Assembly (NCBI GenBank): GCA_016780775.1
Contig: JADHLI010000008.1
Span: forward strand, 23,681-87,680
Direction of reading: 5' to 3'
DNA length: 64,000 nucleotides
Source: Alphaproteobacteria bacterium
GTDB lineage: Bacteria; Pseudomonadota; Alphaproteobacteria; Puniceispirillales; Puniceispirillaceae
Part shown: positions 27,849 through 37,160 of the stretch, one piece after another
Layout of the letters: each line of letters begins with the position of its first letter
How positions within the stretch are numbered: position 1 is the first letter of the stretch
The notes under the pieces: model-generated
Database searches by the model: none
What the model was told of the DNA's origin: nothing
Seen by the model: only the letters and a program-made list of their open reading frames with translations
Translations under genes and position numbers: made by a program

Positions 27849-27902
27849 TATCTTCTTGGGTCATATCTTCTTGGGTTATATCTTCTTGGGTTATATCTTC
27901 TA
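27849..27902. repeat. 3.6 x 15-bp tandem repeat (TATCTTCTTGGGTTA)
   Basis: Read directly. It sits in the gap between the SiaB/C fusion gene and the 106-aa ORF, 50-100 bp upstream of the latter's ATG. Confidence 0.95.
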
Positions 27903-27951
27903 GCATCCATATCGCGCTAAAGTTCAGTCAAAAGCTTGTAGGTGGCATTTC

Positions 27952-28272
27952 ATGATAAGTATAGCTAATCAAAGCATCATGCGTTTATATGAGCGTAAAT
28001 TTGGAAATGAACGTGATAAGCAGGCTTTTATTGAGTCAGTCTCGCGTCTAGAAGTGCGCCTAACTGCAGTCGATGTCAGCTTCCGTCTCTACCAGTCTGA
28101 AACCAACCCTCTAATCTTATCAGAGATTTGGTTTTATCCTGATAAGGATACGATGATGTGGGTGCGCGCCATCATTGATAAAAGCGCTCCTCTACTCACA
28201 CAATTTAATGTGGAAACACGCTCTGACACGTTTGCCTTATGCCGTTCCTTTGATGTCTCAGAAGATGATTAG
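27952..28272 (+). CDS. hypothetical protein (106 aa)
   Basis: A good RBS (AGGTGG) lies 7 nt upstream of the ATG. I recognise no family, and the C-terminus is acidic. Confidence 0.5.
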   Translation: MISIANQSIMRLYERKFGNERDKQAFIESVSRLEVRLTAVDVSFRLYQSETNPLILSEIWFYPDKDTMMWVRAIIDKSAPLLTQFNVETRSDTFALCRSFDVSEDD

Positions 28273-28304
28273 ACTATCGTGATGATAATAGTGATAGTGA
28301 TAGA

Positions 28305-30176
28305 TCAGGCTTGGTCTATGTTTCTATCCGATAGCTCTTCTTCGGGGCAAAAAGCAAGCACCATTACATCATCGCGGCGTTCTTCACTGCCTTGCCAGCG
28401 GCGCAGACCACGCATCAGACTATTTGCCAGCTTTTTAGGATCATTACTCTTCGCCTCACGCAATAATGCCTCAAAATATCTACTGCCCATCATTCGTGCA
28501 GGCATACCGCCTATTTGGGTAACAATTCCATCTGTTGCTAGCACAAAACATTGACCATCTAGGGGAATTTTATGCCGCTCAGCTGCCAGAGCTTTATCCA
28601 AATATTGATAGCCTAGAGATTGGCGCATAGCCGGATAGCGTGCAAGCGTGCCGCTTTTAGAAACAGCTAGCAGATCGATATTTGCACCCGCATATTCTAT
28701 ATATTTTTTATCCCTACTTAAACAAATAATAGCACAATCCAGCCCATCTGTTGCATTCTGATAGGGCGTAATATCAAGCGCATCACAAATCTCATCATGG
28801 ATATTTTGTAGAATCTCAGAACAGTTTTTAGGGGCTGTCGGCTGTGTCCTAATTCGGTCAATAGCAGCGGAAACCAGCATCACCATAAACCCGCCTGGCA
28901 CGCCATGTCCTGTGCAATCATAAAACGCAATATAGGGCGTCTCACCGATACTAAAATAGGTCAAGAAATCCCCACCCACCAAATCGCGCGGCTGCCAGAT
29001 AAAACGCACCTTTCCAAAATCAGGTCGCAAATCCTGTTCTTTGGCCAGCAGGCGATGCTGAAAATGGCTGGCATAGGCGACCGAATCACCAAAATTCTGA
29101 TTTGCTTCCGCCAGAGCTTCCTGATTTCGGCGAAATTGTGTAACATCGCGCCCAGTGCCACGATAACCACTAAATTTCCCTTTATCACTGAAAACAGGTT
29201 TACCGCTGATATTGGCAACACAATCCCGCCCATCGCCCGTACGAATACGAAATTCAAACTGCCTAAATTCTGTATTCCGCATTAATTTTTCCTGATGATC
29301 ATCCCATTTCCCCTGCTCATCTTGGTCAAGGGCGAGCGAGGCGAGCGTTTTGCCAACCACCTCTTTTTTGTTCAAACCGGTAAGCTGGAAAAACTGGTCT
29401 GAAACATAAGCAAGCTTGAAATTTCTATCGAGCTCATAAAACCAGTCTGTTGAAATTTCTGCCATATCACAAAAACGTGCCTGACTATCCCGCAGTTGTT
29501 TTTGCGTTTTTTCCATCTTGCTATAATAGCGGCGCGCTGTCGCAGCCATCTGATTATAAATCAGCCCCGCACCACCAAGCTGATGCGCATTTACATCTTT
29601 TGCATCTACCGGATTATCTGGTGTTGAGATCAGCATCGCCTGTTGCAGGTGCATCAATGGGCGCATAACAAGCCGTATCAATAGCAGTGTGAACGTCACC
29701 GCAACCAGCAAAATAACAAAGACAGACAGCACCCCAAAAGTTCGAGTGGAAACCCAGTTCTGTTCTTTGTCATAAGCATTATCTAGCCCAAACTCGATAA
29801 CAAACCCTGTATCTTCAACTGGCATAGGAACCTTTATAATGCCTGCTTGCATATGTTCTGGACAGCCCCGTTCAGGCCAGCTCGAAACCACCTTGCCCCC
29901 TTCAAATAAATGCACACAATGAATAGCAGGAAAGGCAAAAAAGCTGCGCATCAACTGCTTGACAGCCTCGCTATCTTGGCGTTGATAGGCGCGCACAACA
30001 AGCGGGCCTATTTCGACAGCAACGATGCCTACCTGTAATCCAGCTTCTGAGCGCGATACTTGGCTACGATATAGATGAAACCCTACAGTAACCAGCCCTG
30101 CCAACAGGAAAACGATTGCCAAATAGACAATCAGAAAGCTGAAAATCAGGCCACGTCGTTCAGGTGATTTGCGCAT
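28305..30176 (-). CDS. SiaA-like membrane sensor phosphatase (TM-periplasmic-TM-HAMP-PAS-PP2C/SpoIIE)
   Basis: 623 aa. Two TM segments (~10-32 and ~147-169) are followed by a HAMP-like segment (RLVMRPLMHLQQAM) and a PAS-like segment (DWFYELDRNFKLAYVSDQFFQLTGL...FRIRTGDGR). The C-terminal SpoIIE/PP2C motifs are LVGGDF, YDCTGHGVPGGFM, LATDGI and RRDDVMVLAF. Confidence 0.8.
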   Translation of the reverse strand: MRKSPERRGLIFSFLIVYLAIVFLLAGLVTVGFHLYRSQVSRSEAGLQVGIVAVEIGPLVVRAYQRQDSEAVKQLMRSFFAFPAIHCVHLFEGGKVVSSWPERGCPEHMQAGIIKVPMPVEDTGFVIEFGLDNAYDKEQNWVSTRTFGVLSVFVILLVAVTFTLLLIRLVMRPLMHLQQAMLISTPDNPVDAKDVNAHQLGGAGLIYNQMAATARRYYSKMEKTQKQLRDSQARFCDMAEISTDWFYELDRNFKLAYVSDQFFQLTGLNKKEVVGKTLASLALDQDEQGKWDDHQEKLMRNTEFRQFEFRIRTGDGRDCVANISGKPVFSDKGKFSGYRGTGRDVTQFRRNQEALAEANQNFGDSVAYASHFQHRLLAKEQDLRPDFGKVRFIWQPRDLVGGDFLTYFSIGETPYIAFYDCTGHGVPGGFMVMLVSAAIDRIRTQPTAPKNCSEILQNIHDEICDALDITPYQNATDGLDCAIICLSRDKKYIEYAGANIDLLAVSKSGTLARYPAMRQSLGYQYLDKALAAERHKIPLDGQCFVLATDGIVTQIGGMPARMMGSRYFEALLREAKSNDPKKLANSLMRGLRRWQGSEERRDDVMVLAFCPEEELSDRNIDQA

Positions 30177-30182
30177 CTTTTT

Positions 30183-30617
30183 TTAATTTCTCTTTAGCGC
30201 CCTATGCAGAAGGTTCCGGTTATCAACAAAAGTATCAACCACCAAAAATATACCCTCACCTGCCCCTGATTTTGGACGCAGCAGGAAATCTACATCCAGT
30301 TTATTACCCTGTGCATCTAACATTGTTACACATAAATAATAATCTTCTCCAAAGGGGATAACCATTGGATGTTTACCAGCCGGATACAGCATTACACGTT
30401 GGGCGGTTTCACGATTTAGATAGACAAAGCTGCCATCTTTTGCGCTTGCGTCTGAGACAAATTTACTGAGGGTTGCCTGCAATCTTGCAGCGGTTTCAAC
30501 TGGCACATCACGGGCGCTAGCAGGCGATATTAGCTGGCCAGTTAAAAGGATAAAAAATAAACACAGCCAAGCCATAGGTTTAAAGACGCATTTATTACTC
30601 TTAGACCCAGCTGTCAT
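30183..30617 (-). CDS. hypothetical periplasmic protein, co-transcribed with the phosphatase
   Basis: I prefer the start at ATG 30617, which has GAGGTGG 6 nt upstream; the ORF track extends to 30668. It has a signal peptide (...LLTGQLISPASA). Its stop lies 6 nt before the phosphatase start. Confidence 0.5.
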   Translation of the reverse strand: MTAGSKSNKCVFKPMAWLCLFFILLTGQLISPASARDVPVETAARLQATLSKFVSDASAKDGSFVYLNRETAQRVMLYPAGKHPMVIPFGEDYYLCVTMLDAQGNKLDVDFLLRPKSGAGEGIFLVVDTFVDNRNLLHRALKRN

Positions 30618-30806
30618 ATAATCCACCTCAAAGTTACAGTAGCGACAATGCGTACTGTTTCTGCCCATATTAATCTGATTAACCTTTCAAGATGCCTACA
30701 TACTGTTATTTATCGAAACAACAGCACTAAGTTCATCTTGACGCGTTCAGTTTAACATGGTTAACTTTTGAGTGCGAAAACGGGTATAAAAACTATCAGC
30801 GGTTTT

Positions 30807-31775
30807 TTATATCACAACTTCATAGCCTGGCTCTTCGGGCTCATCATCAGTGATTTCATCTGGAAAGCCTGTTGCGCTAACATCTAGGCCATGCTCATCT
30901 TCTAGGCGGCGGATAATGTTAGGAGAGAATTCGCGTGGCCCATATTTTTCAATCCCATCTTTGAAAATTTCAATGAGCAACGGTGCAAGCTCCAACTGCA
31001 AGCCTGACCTGGTCGCCACATCCTGAAACAGGCTAATATCCTTCAGCACTAAATCCATCGTGAAATTAATATCGCGGCTACCATTTAAAATAACCTGACC
31101 TTCGGTTTCATGCACAAAGCTAGTGCCGCTAGATATGGCTATTGCTTCATAGCTGGTACGCATATCCATGCCTGCTGCTTTGCAGGTAGATAGCGCTTCA
31201 GCAACAGATAGAAGATTAGCTGTTGCCAAATAGTTGGTAACGACCTTTAGCACAGTTGCAGAACCTAGCGGACCAGTATGTAAAATCCGCCGTCCCATCT
31301 TGGTCAGGAAGGGCAGCATATCGTCAAACACATCCCGCTCACATCCCGCAAATATAGAAATATTTCCAGTCGCTGCCCGATGACATCCCCCCGATACTGG
31401 ACAATCAACGGCGCGCCCACCAACTGCCGCAACCTTAGCAGATAGGCGGTGAATTTCAGTTTCATCTGTGGTGCTCATCTCTGCCCAGATACTACCTTTT
31501 TGAAAACCAGCAAGCAGGCCATCTTCGGCTTCTAGCACAGCCGCACTTATCGCAGGCGAAGGCAGGCAAGTAATAAGTATATCGCAAACAGAAGCCATCT
31601 CAGCAGGGCTTTTGCCCCATTTAGCCCCTGCAGCCAGCAAAGGGGCTGCTGCGGCCTCATCCAGATCGCGAATAGTAAGGTCAGCACCATTGCGAAGCAA
31701 CGATCCTGCTAGCTTGGCACCAACATTCCCAAGCCCAATGAAGCCAATCGCCTTATCGTCTTTTGCATTGGTCAT
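30807..31775 (-). CDS. NAD(P)-dependent oxidoreductase (HIBADH/6PGDH-NAD-binding family)
   Basis: 322 aa with the N-terminal motif IGFIGLGNVGAKLAGSL and DCPVSGG. It is the last gene on the same strand as the LIV-type ABC operon. Confidence 0.75.
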   Translation of the reverse strand: MTNAKDDKAIGFIGLGNVGAKLAGSLLRNGADLTIRDLDEAAAAPLLAAGAKWGKSPAEMASVCDILITCLPSPAISAAVLEAEDGLLAGFQKGSIWAEMSTTDETEIHRLSAKVAAVGGRAVDCPVSGGCHRAATGNISIFAGCERDVFDDMLPFLTKMGRRILHTGPLGSATVLKVVTNYLATANLLSVAEALSTCKAAGMDMRTSYEAIAISSGTSFVHETEGQVILNGSRDINFTMDLVLKDISLFQDVATRSGLQLELAPLLIEIFKDGIEKYGPREFSPNIIRRLEDEHGLDVSATGFPDEITDDEPEEPGYEVVI

Positions 31776-31815
31776 TGTCTGTCTCCCACCTTTTTAAAAT
31801 TTATCGTTTTAAGCG

Positions 31816-33153
31816 TTATCTCTTTATTTCAGGGATTAATCCCTGCGGCGCAAAACGCAACATCAATAGCATCAGCAATCCCATAGTCATCAGGCGCATA
31901 TGCGCTGCTGACGCCAGAAGATGCATCTTCAAAGGATTGCTAGCATCTAACGGCATGGTAATGACATCCATCAACCAGAGGCCAAGTGGCTCTGACTCAA
32001 CCCAAAAGAACCAGATAATAAAGCCCCCTAATACCGAGCCAAAATTATTCCCAGAGCCGCCAACAATCACCATAATCCAAATCAAAAAGGTAAAGCGAAG
32101 CGGCAGATAAGAATGCGGCGTAAACTGGCCATCTAGGGTGGTTAGCATCGCCCCCGCCACGCCAATAACAGCTGATCCCAACACAAACACTTGTAGATGT
32201 TTAGCCGTGACATGCTTGCCCATTGCATTAGCGGCAACCTCATTATCGCGAATAGCGCGCATCATCCGCCCCCATGGCGAGCGCAAAGCGGTTTCAAACA
32301 GCCAGAGTAAAATCGCCAACACGATGATAAATAGCCCTGCATAACATAGCTTAACGATAATCGAAGATAGCTCATTCACATCTGTGCCTACCGTTGTGGC
32401 CAGCTCGGCAACCCAAGCGGTCACTTGCAAATCCACCTCATAAGGAACAGGACGCGGCAGACCATTTACGTTCTTTACACCGCGCGCCAACCAATCTTCA
32501 TTTTTCAGCACATAAACTACAATTTCAGAAATACCCAATGTAGCGATGGCTAGATAGTCAGAGCGCAAACCAAGCGATGCTTTGCCAATAACATAAGCTG
32601 CCCCTGCGGCAAAAATACCGCCAACCACCCAAGACAGTAAAATCGGCAAGCCAAGACCGCCAATATGCCCGGCCTTTGCTGGATTAATGGATTCTATCGC
32701 CTCAATGGCTGGGTCTACCAACATCCGCAAAAGGAAATAGCCTGTCAGGCTAACCCCAACAATTATCCAGAACCGCCAGCGCCCCAGATGCTGGGTGCGG
32801 CTAGCCGCAAACACCGCTAGCACGATGGTGATCATAATAATCGCCCCGCCTAGCAATAATTCTGGCCCCCCTGCCTGCCAGCTGGCAGCAACAGGTGGCA
32901 TGGATACGAGCACCCCTGCCAAACCACCAAGCGCAGCAAAACCCATCACACCAAAATTAACTATGCCTGCATATCCCCATTGGATATTTACACCCAGCGT
33001 CATAATCGCGGAAATCAGGCATAAATTTAGAATAGCCAGAGAAACATTCCAGCTTTGTGCCATGCCCACAAACACAAACAATACAACCAGTACGCCAAAC
33101 AGCGTCAGATTGCGTTCCTGTCTTTTTTTTGTGTCATCAGATGGCGTATTCAT
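31816..33153 (-). CDS. livM: branched-chain amino acid-type ABC permease (LivM-like)
   Basis: 445 aa, polytopic, with a LivM-type conserved core. It lies in a LIV operon context. Confidence 0.8.
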   Translation of the reverse strand: MNTPSDDTKKRQERNLTLFGVLVVLFVFVGMAQSWNVSLAILNLCLISAIMTLGVNIQWGYAGIVNFGVMGFAALGGLAGVLVSMPPVAASWQAGGPELLLGGAIIMITIVLAVFAASRTQHLGRWRFWIIVGVSLTGYFLLRMLVDPAIEAIESINPAKAGHIGGLGLPILLSWVVGGIFAAGAAYVIGKASLGLRSDYLAIATLGISEIVVYVLKNEDWLARGVKNVNGLPRPVPYEVDLQVTAWVAELATTVGTDVNELSSIIVKLCYAGLFIIVLAILLWLFETALRSPWGRMMRAIRDNEVAANAMGKHVTAKHLQVFVLGSAVIGVAGAMLTTLDGQFTPHSYLPLRFTFLIWIMVIVGGSGNNFGSVLGGFIIWFFWVESEPLGLWLMDVITMPLDASNPLKMHLLASAAHMRLMTMGLLMLLMLRFAPQGLIPEIKR

Positions 33154-33177
33154 TCCTGTATTTCCATTTACCTTTGG

Positions 33178-34191
33178 CTATATTGTTTTTCCCGAAAACA
33201 GCCCTGTCGGTTTAATCAATAAAACGATTAACAAAATCACAAAAGATACTGCAATTTTATAATCTGTTGATAATAGCTGAACCAGCCCTTCTGGTACGAC
33301 CTGCTCAAAAGTCAGATAGCTGATAACTTTTTTATACGCAAAAGTGACCAGCAATTCAGAAAAAGCAATCACATACCCGCCTGCTATAGCGCCTACAGGA
33401 CTGCCAACACCGCCAACAATGGCAGAGGCAAAAATGGGCAATAATAACGAGAGGTAAGTAAAAGGCTTATAGCTTTTATCCAGCCCATATAAAGTACCCG
33501 CCAACGCTGCTAATGCGCCAGTAATCATCCAAGTAATCATCACCACCCGTTCAGGGTTAATACCAGAGAGCAACGCCAAATCTTCATTATCAGAATAGGC
33601 ACGCATAGATTTGCCTGTTTTGGTTCGGTTTAAAAACCAAAACAAAGCAGCCACTACCATAAAGGCCAGCATAATTGTTACGCCCTGCGATGTTTTAATT
33701 GCCAAACCTTCGCTAAGACCGGTTGCATCTTTAAAGGTGCGCGCCTTAAGCAAAAATCGCTCCCCGTCAGCAAACACACGATCATCTGGCCCAATAATAA
33801 ACCGGATAAGGCCCCCTATAAAAAACATCACACCAACCGAAACAATCAGATAGGTAACTGTTTCTGAACGCTGGTGCCGATAATAGGAAAAGACCAGCTT
33901 ATCGGTTATAAGCGCAAGCGCGATGGTTAAGAGTATCGCCGCAGGCAGGGCTAAAAGCGCCGTTGGAAGAGGCGCAATACTTATGCCAGCTGATTGCAGC
34001 CCCCAAGTTATCAACACACAGAACATCGCCCCAAAGGACATAAGTTCTCCATGCGCAAAATTAGAAAAACGAAGGACAGAATAGACCATGGTAACGCCAA
34101 GCGCACCAAGGGCAAGCTGACTGCCATAGGCAAGCCCGGGTATCAAAACAAAATTTGCCAGCAACACAAACGCGTTCAGGATATCTGTCAT
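33178..34191 (-). CDS. livH: branched-chain amino acid-type ABC permease (LivH-like)
   Basis: 337 aa, polytopic, with the LivH-like motif FAHGELMSFGA. Confidence 0.8.
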   Translation of the reverse strand: MTDILNAFVLLANFVLIPGLAYGSQLALGALGVTMVYSVLRFSNFAHGELMSFGAMFCVLITWGLQSAGISIAPLPTALLALPAAILLTIALALITDKLVFSYYRHQRSETVTYLIVSVGVMFFIGGLIRFIIGPDDRVFADGERFLLKARTFKDATGLSEGLAIKTSQGVTIMLAFMVVAALFWFLNRTKTGKSMRAYSDNEDLALLSGINPERVVMITWMITGALAALAGTLYGLDKSYKPFTYLSLLLPIFASAIVGGVGSPVGAIAGGYVIAFSELLVTFAYKKVISYLTFEQVVPEGLVQLLSTDYKIAVSFVILLIVLLIKPTGLFSGKTI

Positions 34192-34198
34192 ATTGCCC

Positions 34199-34903
34199 CT
34201 ATCCCCCTAAAAACGCTTTGCGTACGTCATTGTCAGCCAACAGGGCAGCCCCAGTATCGGTATAGCGGTTTTGCCCTTGCACCAAGACAAATCCTTTATC
34301 AGCGATAGATAGCGCTTGTTTGGCATTTTGCTCAACCATCAAAATTGCAATGCCTGTTCGCGCCACCTCAATAATCCGGTCAAACAGCTCATCCATCACA
34401 ATAGGCGAAACGCCGGCAGTAGGCTCGTCCAGCATCAGCACTTTCGGGCGGGTCATAAGCGCGCGCGCTACCGCGACCTGTTGGCGCTGGCCGCCAGACA
34501 GCTCGCCAGCAGGCTGCTCTGCCTTTTCGGCTAGGATCGGAAAAAGCTGAAAAACTTGTTCCAGCGTCTCAGAAATATCATCATCACGGATGAATGCGCC
34601 CATCTCCAGATTTTCCAAAACACTCAGACCGGGGAATACATTTTGCGTCTGCGGTACAAAACCCATGCCTTTAAAAACCCGCTCTTGCGGCATCAGTGCG
34701 GTAATATCTTCCCCATCCAGCATCACCGCACCTTCGCGTAAAGGCAACATCCCAAAGACCGCTTTCATAGCTGTAGATTTACCTGCCCCATTAGGCCCTA
34801 CTACAACCGCTATTTCGCCTCTTTCAACGCCAATGGTGCAGTCATGCAAGATATCTGCATCTCCATAGCCACCGGTCATATTTGCACCTGATAGATAGGC
34901 CAT
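34199..34903 (-). CDS. livF: ABC ATP-binding protein (LivF-like)
   Basis: GPNGAGKST, LSGGQRQQVAVARAL and LMLDEPT are present. Confidence 0.88.
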   Translation of the reverse strand: MAYLSGANMTGGYGDADILHDCTIGVERGEIAVVVGPNGAGKSTAMKAVFGMLPLREGAVMLDGEDITALMPQERVFKGMGFVPQTQNVFPGLSVLENLEMGAFIRDDDISETLEQVFQLFPILAEKAEQPAGELSGGQRQQVAVARALMTRPKVLMLDEPTAGVSPIVMDELFDRIIEVARTGIAILMVEQNAKQALSIADKGFVLVQGQNRYTDTGAALLADNDVRKAFLGG

Positions 34904-34906
34904 ATC

Positions 34907-35722
34907 TTAAGTTCCCTTTGGCTGATTTTTCAAACCAGTTCCCAGATAGGCTTCAATAACTTCTTCATTTGCTCTGATTTCTGCTGCCGTGCCAGTAGCC
35001 AGCACACCGCCCTCAGCCATCACAATAACAGGATCACATAAGCGGCTGATAAATTCCATATCATGTTCGATCATGCAAAAGGTGTAATTTTTTTCCTCAT
35101 TCAGCCGGAGTATAGCATCCCCAATATGCCCAAGCAGCGTGCGGTTAACACCTGCACCCACCTCATCCAGAAAGACGATTTTAGCATCGACCATCATTGT
35201 GCGGCCAAGCTCCAGCAACTTTTTCTGGCCACCAGATAGGCGTCCTGCTAGCTCATCTGCCACCGCATCTAGCTGCAAAAATTTTATAACTTCTTCTGCC
35301 TTATCAGAAATAATCTCTTCTTCGGCGCGCACTTTTTTGGCACGAAACCACGCCTCTAGCAAATGTTCGCCAGATTGATTGGCAACTACCATTTTTAGAT
35401 TATCGCGCACGGTGAGGGTAGAAAACTCGTGCGCTATCTGAAAGGTACGAAGCAAGCCGCGATGAAACAGCTCATGCGGGGGTAGCCCGGTGATATCATT
35501 ACCGTCCAGCGTCACTGTCCCACTATCTGGTTTATAGAGCCCAGCAATAATATTAAACAAAGTTGTTTTGCCAGCACCATTTGGGCCAATTAACCCAGTG
35601 ATAGAGCCCGTTTCAATTGTCAAAGACGCATCATTAACAGCATGAATGCCGCCAAATGATTTATGTAAGTGAGATACGCTAATCATAAAAAAAGACGATA
35701 CATGAAACAAAGCCCCAGACAT
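34907..35722 (-). CDS. livG: ABC ATP-binding protein (LivG-like)
   Basis: [22 protein letters not shown] and VFLDEVGAG are present, with a LivG-type C-terminal extension. An alternative start is ATG 35686. Confidence 0.88.
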   Translation of the reverse strand: MSGALFHVSSFFMISVSHLHKSFGGIHAVNDASLTIETGSITGLIGPNGAGKTTLFNIIAGLYKPDSGTVTLDGNDITGLPPHELFHRGLLRTFQIAHEFSTLTVRDNLKMVVANQSGEHLLEAWFRAKKVRAEEEIISDKAEEVIKFLQLDAVADELAGRLSGGQKKLLELGRTMMVDAKIVFLDEVGAGVNRTLLGHIGDAILRLNEEKNYTFCMIEHDMEFISRLCDPVIVMAEGGVLATGTAAEIRANEEVIEAYLGTGLKNQPKGT

Positions 35723-35726
35723 AAAA

Positions 35727-35762
35727 CAAAGCCCGGGGGTTTTATCCTACGCCCGGGCTTTG
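35727..35762 (-). promoter_or_regulatory. intercistronic stem-loop/attenuator between the binding-protein gene and livG
   Basis: A perfect 11-bp stem, CAAAGCCCGGG / CCCGGGCTTTG, with a 14-nt loop. On the transcribed strand it is followed by TTTTAT and runs into the livG ATG. Confidence 0.6.
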
Positions 35763-35781
35763 TAATAATTATCTTATCCGA

Positions 35782-36996
35782 CTAGCGATAGCCAACGGTG
35801 ACATTCTTGCCACCCTTGATTTCGATCTCTGCATAGTTACCAGCAGACTCGCCAGCCCCAACAAGCTCAACAGCAGAGGCGCCAACATAATCAACATCTT
35901 TGCCTTCACTGATAAGCTTCAGCGCCTTGCCAAGGTCACCTGGGAAAATCTTTTCACCCGGGGCATTCGCAACATCCATAACTTTGGATTTGAACACTTC
36001 ACTGTCTGTTGAATTTGCAGCCTGCATAGCCAGCAGGATAAGCGCCGCGCCATCATAGCTTTCAGGGGCAAACGGACCTGCGGTAAAGCCACCTGCAGTT
36101 GCCATTTCTGCAAATTTGGCTGCCCCTGGGCTATCTGTACCCGGCACATCACCAATAGACCCGTTCAAGCCAGCACCAATAGCTGCCGGCAATGCATCCC
36201 CTATCATACCGTCTGGCAGATAAAACATGTTAAAGGCATCCGCATCTAGAGAGGCTTGGATAATACCTTTTCCGCCCTGATCAAGATACCCTGCAACGAT
36301 TAGAATTTCGCCGCCAGCCTGTGCTAGAGCCGCAACTTCTGCGCCATAATCACCTTTACCATCTTCATGAGCAGTAGAAATGGTTATGGTACCGCCATTC
36401 GCTTCAAAATTACTCTTGATTGAATCAGCCAGACCCTTGCCATAGTCGTTATTGGTATAGGTCATCGCCGCTGTTTTGTAGCCTTTATCCTTTAGGATTT
36501 CGGCAACCACTTCGCCTTGACGCGCATCTGATGGGGCTGTTCTAAAGAACAGGTCATTATCAGCTACTGTCGATAATGCGGGCGAGGTTGCAGAAGGAGA
36601 GACCATCATCACCCCGTTTGGCACCGCTACATTTTCCAGAATGGCCGTTGTAACGCCAGAACAATCCGCACCCATAATGGCGTTTACTTTGTCTGATGTA
36701 ACAAGGCGTTCAGCTGCTGCGGTTGCTGCGGCTGAATCGATACAGGTTGAGTCAGCACGAACAGAGGTCACTTCGCCAAGCGCGAAATTACCAGAGTTAT
36801 TTGCTTCTGCAATAGCAAGCTCAGCACCCATAGCCATATCAGGTGTCAGCGATTCAATAGGGCCTGTATAGCCTAAGATAATTCCAATTTTAGGGCCTTC
36901 GGCAGTTTGCATGCCGCCCTTTTCTCCAGCCACAAATATATAGGCCAGCCCAGCAAGTGCCGCGACACCTACGAGTATTAAAACATTTTTATTCAT
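35782..36996 (-). CDS. ABC substrate-binding protein (LivK/Leu-Ile-Val-binding family)
   Basis: 404 aa with an N-terminal signal anchor. The layout is that of a type I periplasmic binding fold. It is the first gene of the operon. Confidence 0.82.
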   Translation of the reverse strand: MNKNVLILVGVAALAGLAYIFVAGEKGGMQTAEGPKIGIILGYTGPIESLTPDMAMGAELAIAEANNSGNFALGEVTSVRADSTCIDSAAATAAAERLVTSDKVNAIMGADCSGVTTAILENVAVPNGVMMVSPSATSPALSTVADNDLFFRTAPSDARQGEVVAEILKDKGYKTAAMTYTNNDYGKGLADSIKSNFEANGGTITISTAHEDGKGDYGAEVAALAQAGGEILIVAGYLDQGGKGIIQASLDADAFNMFYLPDGMIGDALPAAIGAGLNGSIGDVPGTDSPGAAKFAEMATAGGFTAGPFAPESYDGAALILLAMQAANSTDSEVFKSKVMDVANAPGEKIFPGDLGKALKLISEGKDVDYVGASAVELVGAGESAGNYAEIEIKGGKNVTVGYR

Positions 36997-37160
36997 CGGG
37001 TTCCTCCCAAAAAAACGATCTCAGCTTATATCACCTGCCGTCTTAGTAAATTGGTCAAAGACGAGTTCAAATTATTGATACGCTGCTTGATCCATAAAGC
37101 ATACCGCCTTCTCTTTAACTGCTAGCTTATTTTGCAGGGATTTTCAATAAACTTTGCAGG

